Shown here piece by piece: positions 54,121 through 64,000 of a DNA stretch of 64,000 nt (position 1 is the stretch's first letter; each line of letters begins with the position of its first letter). This stretch comes from Macrostomum lignano. Its lineage: Eukaryota. The position numbers and the translations under genes were made by a program. The stretch is taken from the NCBI GenBank assembly GCA_002269645.1, contig NIVC01000056.1, forward strand, positions 1 to 64,000. Direction: 5' to 3'. The notes under the pieces are model-generated. The model did no database searches and was not told where the DNA came from. It was given only the letters and a program-made list of their open reading frames with translations.

Positions 54121-56286
54121 TTAGTCCAGGTAAATGGCAAACACGGTGGCCACAGCGTACAGCGAATTGTTGCGGAACTGGTAGCTGGCGAAATTGTCGG
54201 TGGCGTCATTCCACAGACAGCGGCTGCTGATGGCCAGGCCGTGGCCGCCGTTCATGCCGATGGAGCTCACCACGACAAACTTGTAGCGGCCAAGCGCCTG
54301 CAGCTCCTTGATGCGACCGCGGATCACCTGTGGAATGTTTGGCGGGTAAATGGAGCTAGTTGGGATTTGAGTGAATGATGCTGTGTGACTAGCTGTTGAG
54401 ATTTGAGTGAATGATGCTGTGTGACTAGCTGTTGAGATTTGAGTGAATGGTGCTGTGTGACTAGTTGGGATTTGAGTGAATGGTGCTGTGTGACTAGTTG
54501 GGATTTGAGTGAATGGTGCTGTGTGACTAGTTGGGATTTGAGTGAATGGTGCTGCGTGACTGGTTGGGAATTGGAATGAATTATTGCTTGCTGGTCCAAG
54601 GAGATTCACCTGGCTGATGTTTTTGCTCATCTCCCTGGCGAAGTCCTCCTCGTAGCGCTCCTCGGCCAGATATCCTTCCAGGACGTCCTTGAGAATTTTG
54701 TGCACTTCGGCCACGGGGAAATTGCGGTGCGGACCAAGCTGGTAGCTGTTCTCCAGCTTCACCGCGCCGTGATGAGGCAGCTCGTCAATCTGCGACACGG
54801 AGCTGATCGGTCTGAGACGGGAGGTTGCGGAGAAAAAAGTCCTAATAAATCTCGAAGAATGAAGATCAAAATTAGAGAAATTTGAAAATTAAAAAAATGT
54901 TTTGAAAACAGTGAAAATCGTAGGGAAACGTGAATAAAAGTAAAACAAAGTAGAAATTGTGATGCAGCAACTTTTTGATGCAATGACGTCAGTTTAAAAG
55001 ATAGTGACACCATTTCCGGAATAATGAAACTGATCCTAGGGATTATGGCGCTAATCCAATGATAATGGTGCTTATCCTATGGATAATGGCTGTAATCCAA
55101 TGGTAATGGCGCTTATCCTATGGATAATGGTGCTAATCCTATGAATAATGGTGCTAATCTTATGGATAATGGTGCTAATCCTATGGATAATGGTGCTAAT
55201 CCTATGGATAATGGCGCTTATCCAATGGATAATGGCGCTAATCCAATGGATAATGGCTCTAATCCAATGGATAATGGCGCTTATCCAATGGATAATGGCG
55301 CTAATCCAATGGATAATGGCGCTAATCCTATGGATAATGGCGCTAATCCAATGGATAGTGGCGCTAATCCAATGGATAATGACGCTAATCCAATGGATAA
55401 TGGCGCTAATCCAATGGATAATGACGCTAATCCAATGGATAATGACGCTAATCCAATGGATAATGGCGCTAATCCAATGGATAATGACGCTAATCCAATG
55501 GATAATGACGCTAATCCAATGGATAATGGCGCTAATCCTATTGATAATAGTGCAACCCCTGAGATCAACGGTGCCCAAATTTGAGTAGAGTGCATCGCAT
55601 CGCAGTGTTGATAAAAAGTAAAAAAACAACACAAGCACTCAGTAACTTTCAGGATACTGTGAATTAGAAATTCCTAATTATGATCATTATGAAAACTATT
55701 GCAAATTGGACTCTTACTAACACTTTTTTCGAAAGAGCAACCCTGTCGCAATCTTCTTTCGCTGCCAAGGCACAGACAGGATAGGCGAGACAGGCGTCAG
55801 CTTATAAATCAAAGCGGGTGTGAAGGCCAGGCATTGCAACAGACAATAGAAATCGCAAGCGGACAGAAGAACCAATGAAAAAGAGAGCCGAACAAAAGCC
55901 ACGAAGGAATGTAAAAAAGGGTTTGAAATTTTTTAAAACACCTTTCGTCATCCTCAGCAATGAAGCTCTTTCTGCTGCTGTAAGGACACATTTATGGGTT
56001 TGCATAAATTTTAAGATACAAGTACACTTATAAAATATTTTGTTAATATGGGCCAAAGTTTGTGACAAAGGCAAAAAAATTTATTGGCTCTATATTGAAA
56101 ATATTTATAACATTAGATTATGGTTGAAATGTATTCATATGTTAACTACTACTGAATTCCAAAGCAAACTTACTGGCTAAACCTTCCTCCTGGGAGATGC
56201 TTCATCTGGAAGTGGCCAGTCGCTGGGGCATTGCTCTGCTTGCGCAGATTCCTAGCTGCCCTGTCTTTTGCCAAGTCGCTGGCCAT
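54121..56286 (-). CDS. TCTEX1D1: Tctex1 domain-containing protein 1 (dynein light chain Tctex-type 5), 173 aa, 3 exons
   Basis: Exons 56286-56174, 54811-54610, 54327-54121; phases 2 and 0 match. MASDLAKDRAA N-terminus, ENSYQLGP, RYKFVV and SSRCLWNDATDNFASYQFRNNSLYAVATVFAIY are Tctex1D1-type motifs. Confidence 0.9.
54356..54570. repeat. 33/36-bp minisatellite (GAGTGAATGGTGCTGTGTGACTAGTTGGGATTT)n in TCTEX1D1 intron 2
   Basis: About 6 units. Confidence 0.9.
55040..55555. repeat. 21-bp minisatellite (GGATAATGGCGCTAATCCAAT)n in TCTEX1D1 intron 1
   Basis: About 24 copies; explains the MDNGANP ORF. Confidence 0.95.
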
Positions 56287-56821
56287 TTGTGCATGAAAAA
56301 CCATGACATTCTGATTCATTTTTAATCTAGCCTTGCAGTACTTACTAGTGAACGAAATAAATAAAAATTCAAGTATGCACATTACTTGATTTCAATAGAA
56401 TTTTGACTATTCCTTGCGTTGAAATGCCTTCAGCCACAAGCAAAAACATAAAAAATTCTTAACTACTCTGCAGTTTAATATATATACCCTGTTAAGATTT
56501 ACTATAATAAATGCATGGAAATGCTTCATCTAGAACTAGAAGTGATATTTGAAGGATGAAACATATTTCTTTCTTTCCAAAACGCTTGATTTAGTTAAAA
56601 TTTTATTGGCATTTTTGTCGGGTCATAATACAAAAATAAAAAGTATGCCATTTCTGATTTTATTATGATTGTTAGACTTACAATTAAAAATAAGAATTTA
56701 CACAAAGACGTATTTACAGTAACAATTTGATTCATAATTAAATCTATATGTTAATAATCGGAATAAACGTTTTTCTTAATTAGAAACTTAATAAGATGAC
56801 AATTGTTTTTCTATTTTTGCC

Positions 56822-56835
56822 GTAGTTACGGTAAC
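56822..56835. promoter_or_regulatory. X-box (RFX)-like motif GTAGTTACGGTAAC upstream of TCTEX1D1
   Basis: Fits GTHNYY-NN-RRNAAC; ~540 bp upstream of the ATG. Confidence 0.35.
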
Positions 56836-57984
56836 GGAACTTGTGAAGATTGAACAACTAATTCAATAATTCTAGCATATAAATTTTCAAAAATATACTT
56901 CGCCACAGGGCGTTAATAAACCTTCTTTAAATAAAAAAGAAAACAAAATATGAAAACCCTCGATTTTCTACTGATCTTTATATAAAATAGCTATCATATC
57001 CTTTACGCCTTATTTTATAAACATGGCAGATAAAGATGCCAGAAAGAACATGCTCAATTTATGAAACAACCTAAAAAATTTAAAGCATGCGCTGTTAAAA
57101 ACACATTTGCATTAGATTGACACCATGGATCCACGTAAACAAAAAAGGATTTCTTACAATTACTAATAAAACTCTAGTAAATCAGATTTTTCTTCTTAGA
57201 GTTTTACATTTCGTAGTACATGTCTAATCAAAAGAATGAAGTAATTTGTTAAAACGTACTAACACCGAAAGTAAGCGATATATTTTCAAAATAATTTAAG
57301 TCGGCGTCAAAAATTAAAATTTTAAATAAAATGTTAATAAACCATCAATAGCTATCGTATTTTACACGAATCGACATTTTCATATCTACATGTACCGGCA
57401 GGTCACTACAGCCGATGCCTTCACAAAAGGCACGGAAATTTTGCTAAACAAATTTCACTTTTCTTGTGTAATCTAGCTTAAGCTCAAGCACAGGCGACAC
57501 ATTCAATGTGTGTACAGCGTGGCGGCTCACTGGATTCAACCATTAGATATACGAGTACTGTACTGTACAATTGCGTGTATAGCAGTGTAGTTCTAGCTCG
57601 TACGATTCTGTGTACTAAAGTGCTCCCTTCTTCAGTTCAAGAAGTTCCATTTTGATGATGTATGCACTACTTTTAAATTTTGTGTTTGAATATTCAGGTT
57701 TTTTGCTACTTGTACACTGTATGATCATTCACTGTTCACTAAAAAAGGTTCGAAAGAGGCCACAAGCATTTGTATTACAAGTACAAGCTTATGCGCTTAA
57801 TCTGGAGAGCGATGCTCTCTGTGATTTTCGTGTATTTTACAGAGGCAGATTAAATACAGACCATATAGGAGCTGATCAACTATGGCATAATAAACATAAT
57901 AAAAAAATCACACGAAAAATGTCCTAATTGTCTACTTGCAAAGCCCTGATATCAGTAGAGCGATGCGATTATTGTATTTAGAAT

Positions 57985-58517
57985 TCAATTCGTGCCCGAA
58001 GTGCCACCAGGCGGTCGGGCTTTGTGCAAACTCTGGATTTTGAAGGACAGGTCACGGAGCTTTCGCATCACGTCGCCAGTTTCCTCCTTCATCAGGCTCT
58101 GGCCCTCCTTGGACTGCAGGCTGGGCACGCGATCCTGGTGGGGGGCATCTCTGGAATTAAGGTGAGTTTGGGCTAATGGGTAGATGCTCAATTAGACAGA
58201 AACTTGGACAGACAGACAGAAACACTTGGACAGACAGACAGACAGACTCACTTGTCCAGCTGCTCCAGCCGGCCGTCCATCTCAAAGTGCCGCTCGGAGA
58301 GGCCCTCCTGCATCTCCCTAGCGGCGTCCAGTGACTCGAAGGAATTTCCCACATCAAAGGCCCGCAGCCGGCCCTCGTTGAAGTCGTTCAGCAGGCGAAT
58401 GAGGCTGACCTCCATCTGGCGCACATTCTCCAAATCGGTGATGAACACGTGCTCTCGGCAGGGAGTCAGGGACGCTGGCAACCCGAGCCGGTGACGGAGT
58501 CCGACATTGTCTGCTGC
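57985..58517 (-). CDS. CCDC28: Coiled-coil domain-containing protein 28-like; last two exons, 5' exon(s) unresolved
   Basis: HVFITDLENVRQMEVSLIRLLNDFNEGRLRAF...REMQEGL and KLRDLSFKIQSLH resemble the conserved CCDC28A/B core. Exons 58517-58252 and 58150-57985 join in phase 2 (GACAA|GTGAGT, TTCCAG|A). Confidence 0.85.
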
Positions 58518-58734
58518 CTGTCTGATTTATACTACTAAGAGTAGACTGGCTGCTCAGATGCTGCTGAAACTATATGCGAACGTGAAGGCAATGCATTTCC
58601 TTGTGTCGTTTGTAGATTAAAACAGAAACAAAAATTGCCCTTAAATCCGAAATCCGTGAAAAAGGCCCATTGAATCCCTGAGAAATCGGCGAGTTTCATC
58701 GAGTATCTGAGAAATCATTGAGTTTTTAAAAAAA

Positions 58735-59475
58735 ATCACCCTGAATACCTGAGAAATCACCCCAGAATACCCGAGAAATCACCCCAGAATACCTGAGAAA
58801 TTACCCCTGAATACCTGAGAAATCACCCCTGAATACCTGAGAAATCACCCCTGAACACCAGAGAAATTGCCCCTGAATACCTGAGAAATCACCCCAGAAT
58901 ACCTGAGAAATCACCCAAGAATACCTGAGAAATCACCCCTGAATACCTGAGAAATCACCCCTGAACACCTGAGAAATCGCCCCTGAATACCTGAGAAATT
59001 GCCCCTGAATACCTGAGAAATCACCCCAGAATACCCGAGAAATCACCCCAGAATACCTGAGAAATCACCCCAGAATACCTGAGAAATTACCCCTGAATAC
59101 CTGAGAAATCACCCCTGAATACCTGAGAAATCACCCTGAACACCAGAGAAATTGCCCCTGAATACCTGAGAAATCACCCCAGAATACCTGAGAAATCACC
59201 CAAGAATACCTGAGAAATCACCCCTGAATACCTGAGAAATCACCCCTGAACACCTGAGAAATCGCCCCTGAATACCTGAGAAATTGCCCCTGAATACCTG
59301 AGAAATCACCCAAGAATACCTGAGAAATCACCCGAGAATACCAGAGAAATTACCCCTGAGAAATTGCCCCTGAATAACTGAGAAATCACCCCTGAATACC
59401 TGAGAAATTGCCCCTGAATACCTGAGAAATTGCCCCTGAATACCTGAGAAATTGCCCCAGAATACCTGAGAAATG
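58735..59475. repeat. 22-bp minisatellite (CCTGAGAAATCACCCCTGAATA)n
   Basis: About 33 copies. Confidence 0.95.
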
Positions 59476-60042
59476 GTCTTCAAGCTTTTGAAATATAGCC
59501 TTCTAAAGCGAAATAAAAATATGCAAAATAAGTAGCAACAAGTTTATGAGTTGATTTTTATAATGAAAAACTATGAAGCCGCTGACAATGAAGTTGATGA
59601 TTGAAAAAGAAACAGAGAAGCAATAAAATGTATAACAGGAAACAAAGTTTACCACAGTAATGTCTTGATTGATAAATAGAGTAATTCTGTCTCCATAGTT
59701 TGACTTAGCATCACTGCTCACTGCTCAGCTTGAATTTGAAGAAATGATTAACACAATATTATAACACAATATGCGGGATGCAGGACTAGGGATGGGGAGC
59801 AGGTGAGACGCGAACGGGCAGAACAGGCAGTCTGTAGCTTGTGGATAACTTTAAATGAATTAAGAAGTAACAACAAGCTGAAGGACAAAATCTATCGCCG
59901 TGAAATTGCATGACAACGGCGACTGAATCGCTTCGTTATGAAAACACTGGCTGGTGCCTGCTGAATTTAAACTAATACATGCAGTTTGTTTTAATATTGG
60001 AAGGCTCAAAACAGTTGGTTTGATGGTAAATTAGCACTATTA

Positions 60043-60645
60043 TCACAGGGTGTCACTCCCAGATCACAGAGTGTCACTCCCAGACCGCAGGGTGTCACTC
60101 CTAGATCACAGGGTGTCACTCCCAGATCACAGGGTGTCACTCACAGACCGCAGGGTGTCACTCCCAGATCACAGGGTGTCACTCTCAGATCACAGGGTGT
60201 CACTCACAGACCGCAGGGTGTCACTCCCAGACCGCAGGGTTTCACTCACAGATCACAGGGTGTCACTCTCAGATCACAGGGTGTCACTCACAGATCACAG
60301 GGTGTCACTCCTAGATCACAGGGTGTCACTCAAAGATCCCAGGGTGTCACTCACAGATCACAGGGTGTCACTCCTAGATCACTGGGTGTCACTCTCAGAT
60401 CACAGGGTGTCACTCCCAGACTACAGGGTGTCACTCACAGATCACAGGGTGTCACTCTCAGATCACAGGGTGTCACTCCTAGATGACAGAGTGTCAATCA
60501 CAGATCACAGGGTATCACTCCTAGATCACAGGGTGTCACTCACAGATCACAGGGTGTCACTCACAGATCACAGGGTGTCACTCCCAGACCGCAGGGTGTC
60601 ACTCTCAGATCACAGGGTGTCACTCCCAGATCACAGGGTGTCACA
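60043..60645. repeat. 21-bp minisatellite (CACAGGGTGTCACTCCCAGAT)n
   Basis: About 28 copies; explains the VSLPDHR ORF. Confidence 0.95.
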
Positions 60646-61337
60646 CCACGCAGAACAGAACAAGCTACAAGTAGAAGTCCCCCAGACACAGCAGGGGCTA
60701 TAAAATCAGGTAAGCATTCGCATTAAATAAATACTGCCAACTAATTATCGACGCCAAAAGTGATGAAGCTGCGGTAAATTGAAAGCTCAGACTCTTTAAG
60801 TTAAAAATAAATTTAGTAAGCGATGCAAATCTGAAGAGTTTAACAAAATTTAAACGCAAAAAATGAGGATTGAGTCGGGCAGGAGTGTACTCACAGGGGG
60901 TGCAGATGCCTGGCAGAATCTGCTGAAGTGAAGGCCACTAACTATTTTCAAAAGACTAAAAAACTCTAGTTTTCATTTCGTCCAGGCATCACGCACACGC
61001 ATACGAACTGTGGGATAAATGGAGCAATCTACTGATAATCTTGACAAAGCTTAATAATAATACTTATCTAAATAATAATTAACATACCGTATGAATTAAC
61101 AGACAAATTTTGTTCATAAAAACGAACTAATGCAAAATCAAGGCATTGCCTCAAAGCGAAGACGACAGCTAATAGACGGTCAAGTTATTAGAATATACAA
61201 GAAAACAAAATCGAAACTAAAGTTGGACACATGCAGTACTATAGTGATGAATAAAAAATACGAGATAACAATATTTATCATTCCACTCTGTCAAATAATT
61301 CTTCAATGAAAGAAGCTGCAAGGAGAGGCTAGGGCTC

Positions 61338-61950
61338 ACCCACCAACCCCACTCCGTCGGAGCTAGCGATAATCAATGCTTTAGTGGAAACACCCACCAC
61401 CCCACTCGGCCGCCGGAGCTAGCGATAATCAATGCTCTAGTGGAAACACCCACCACCCCACTCGGCCGCCGGAGCTAGCGATAATCAATGCTTTAGTGGA
61501 AACACCCACCACCCTACTCGGCCGCCGGAGCTAGCGATAATCAATGCTTTAGTGGAAACACCCACCACCCACTCCGCCGGAGCTAGCGATAATCAATGCT
61601 TTAGTGGAAACACCCACCACCCCACTCGGCCGCCGGAGCTAGCGATAATCAATGCTTTAGTGGAAACACCCACCACCCCACTCGGCCGCCGGAGCTAGCG
61701 ATAATCAATGCTTTAGTGGAAACACCCACCACCCCACTCCGCCGGAGCTAGCGATAATCAATGCTTTAGTGGAAACACCCACCACCCACTCCGCCGGAGC
61801 TAGCGATAATCAATGCTTTAGTGGAAACACCCACTACCCCACTCCACCGGAGCTAGCGATAATCAATGCTTTGGAGGAAACACCCACCAGCCCACTCGGC
61901 CGCCCGAGCTAGCGAGAATCAATGCTTTAGTGGAAACACCCACCAGCCCA
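61338..61950. repeat. ~56-bp minisatellite (GGAGCTAGCGATAATCAATGCTTTAGTGGAAACACCCACCACCCCACTCGGCCGCC)n
   Basis: About 11 contiguous copies with no spacers. Confidence 0.95.
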
Positions 61951-62195
61951 CCCAACCGGGGCCAGCGCGCGCACAAATCAAGTCTATAATCTATTGAAAG
62001 TTATAAGCAGAGTGGCACTGGCATGATAACTGTCTTGTACGTTATTCAAAAAGCGTCGCGATAAATGGCATGCAATGTAGGGAGGGATGCAGGGAGTCAT
62101 CCCGTCATTCGAAATCAGCTTTCTATTATTTCAAAAGTCGTTCCTAACTCTAAAACCAAGTTTCGTAGAGAATCAAAACAGCATAGTTATAGTTG

Positions 62196-64000
62196 TTAGG
62201 CCAGCAAAAATGGCGGCACCGACTGGACCCGGCAGCCGCTATCGCAGCAATCCAATTCAAAACCGGCCGGCGCGCGCTCCCGAGACCAGGCGTCAACGCG
62301 ACTAGCCAGGCGACACCTGGACACGCCCGGACAGTCCAACAGGCGCAGACAGCGCAGCCGGGGACACGCACCAACCAGAGCGGCAACGCAATCGTCAGTG
62401 AGGTGAGCGCAGTCATGCAATTCCAGTTCAACCAGACCGGCCGGCAGGCTGGCGCAGGCAGCCGCCAGGCCACGGCCGGTGACATCAGCGCACGATTGCA
62501 GACGAAGAGACGCCAGCGAGGGCGGACAGGCCGGCAGAATCTCTTCGGCTAGCAGAGCGTCAGTGAGGCTGGTGATGCACAAAGTCAACTGGCGGAGCCG
62601 GCCAAGTTTAGGTAGCAAGCGGCTTAGTCCGTCCAGCGGCCGGCCAGCCCGTCCGGCCGGTCCGAACTCCTGGGCGAACAGGGACAGACAAGCCAGGCGA
62701 TGACAGCCGGCCAGACAGGTGACCAACCGGTCGGCCGAGAAGGCCCCGTAGCTAAAGTGCAGGCAGAGTTCGGTGAGCTGCGGCAGCATGGCCAGGCCGG
62801 ACAAGTCAGCTGACAAGTCGCCCAAGCGCGGCAGGTCGCGGGCGCACAGGCGGTGCAGGCGGGGACAGGCAGCCAGCAGGCTGGTGAGGCTGGGCTCGAA
62901 CAAGTCGCGAAAGCTGATGGCCAGAGAGGCGAGCTGGGGCGGCGCGAACTCGGCCAGAGCGGCCAGATCCGCTTTGCTAGGCGCCCGGCCCCAGTCCAAG
63001 TCCAGGCGGTTCAGCTTGGGCGCCGCTCTGGCTATGGCCGGCGCCAGACCTGTGGCGCCGTTGATGGGGTGCCTGGCCCGAATTCCAAGCTCGCGTAGCG
63101 GTAGCCAAGCAAGCCGTGGCGCCGGGCGCGCCGGTCTGCCTGGCGCCATTTCCATGTCGACGTCAAATCCAACAGCGACAAATTGATGATTGTAATCGTC
63201 GCCAAAGTCGTTATTGAAGTCGTCTGCGTCGGCGCAGTCGGCCGAGTCGACGACGGCCGTCAGGCGAAGCGCGGCAAGGATGCCTTCGGCAGTGACGCTT
63301 GGCAGGCCGCTGAGTACCTGCGCGCGGGGTAAAAGATCTAATAATCATAACAATAATTGATTACACCTGCCCCAATTGGGCCAGATGTGCAACCGACAGC
63401 TCAGCCGCAGCAATTGCGCGGCGCACCTGAAGGCTGCGTACGGCTGTTGAGTCAAAGAGTCGCCACGCACACCCTTAATTACCCCAGCTAAGTGTTTTGC
63501 TCATGGACACAAATTGTTCCAATGGGATCGCAAATCGAACCCCCGACCTTCCAGTCGTGGGTCCGACGCTATAAGTCTAACAACTAGGCTACGTCAGCCG
63601 TTACAGAAATTCTAATTAGAAGGCGCACTCCTATAAATAGAAATCCTAAATAGAACTCCTATAATTTCGAGTGCGTGCTTTCACAGGTAAGATCAATCCT
63701 TACGGTTATTAGACACATAATTCGCCCCAAAACTACTATAAGTAGCAAATTGGAAAGCACAGATTTTATAACTTTTCCTTTCCTTAAAACTGACCTTAAA
63801 ATCTACTCATAGTAGTGCAGTTAAAATATCGAAAAGCCGCAGTAATCTTACCACCCGGGTCAGCTGGCCGGCCGGATATTCAGCTGGTCGCTCCGTTAGC
63901 CTGCGCAGGTCGATAGCGTCGGCGCGACCGGCCAGGGAGACGCCCTCCCATCCGGGACAGGCGGTAGCGCCCAGGAACAGGGTCTCCAGACAGGAGAACT
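62196..64000 (-). CDS. Leucine-rich-repeat protein, F-box/LRR (cysteine-containing LRR)-like, 5'-partial
   Basis: Exons >64000-63852 and 63317-62196 join in phase 0 (CGGGTG|GTAAGA, GCGCAG|GTA). Repeats such as LASLRLQSCADVTGRGL, LVELELHDCAHLTDDCV and LRCLRLLDCPGVS. An F-box itself is not visible in the window. Confidence 0.8.
63340..63599 (-). mobile_element. tRNA-derived SINE in the LRR-gene intron
   Basis: Minus strand reads A-box-like TAGCCTAGTTG, B-box GGTTCGATTTG, a SINE-body-like TGTGTCCATGAGCAAAACACTTAGC and an AT-rich (TTA/TTG) tail; no TSD found. Confidence 0.6.

Noticed and set aside
55072-55638. MDNGANP / IIHWISA repeat proteins
   Set aside because: A 21-bp minisatellite inside TCTEX1D1 intron 1.
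60050-60703. 217-aa VSLPDHR repeat ORF
   Set aside because: A 21-bp minisatellite with a GTG start and no non-repeat domain.
60895-60925. Candidate upstream mini-exon for CCDC28 (ends CCCCT|GTGAGT)
   Set aside because: Good donor and a possible phase fit, but no start codon or homology to anchor it; the 5' end is left unresolved.
61338-61950. 56-bp repeat array as a CRISPR array
   Set aside because: Contiguous copies without unique spacers, no cas genes, eukaryotic context.
63523-63595. Functional tRNA gene
   Set aside because: A/B boxes are present but no proper acceptor stem could be paired, and the sequence continues into a SINE-like body.

Overview
Eukaryotic (metazoan) genomic DNA with spliced genes, GC-rich exons, AT-rich intergenic stretches and a different micro- or minisatellite in almost every intron over ~100 bp. 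The style suggests the flatworm Macrostomum lignano (inference, not verified). I reconstructed nine protein-coding genes by hand from splice sites and reading-frame phase: EFCAB6 (-, 5 exons, 1-nt frameshift in the last exon); PPP4R3/SMEK (+, 4 exons); an intronless 7-Ig + FN3 nephrin/echinoid-type receptor (+); a 76-aa two-exon neuropeptide precursor absent from the ORF track (-, 38112-38488); a secreted 512-aa protein with an apparently catalytically dead legumain/caspase-like domain and a 31-nt micro-exon (-); a divergent intronless PUR-repeat protein (+); TCTEX1D1 (-); CCDC28 (-, 5' end unresolved); and a partial LRR/FBXL-like gene (-). There are also about 30 tandem arrays, a 1.5-kb TIR element, a foldback element, a long palindrome and a tRNA-derived SINE. 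The best leads are (1) the hidden prohormone releasing a ring-expanded oxytocin/vasopressin-like peptide, CRMYDRRACPIG, with no neurophysin; (2) inverted copies of the same tandem repeat bracketing single exons in EFCAB6 and SMEK, the architecture that drives back-splicing or exon skipping; and (3) the clan-CD pseudo-peptidase. No CRISPR, rRNA or intact tRNA was found.
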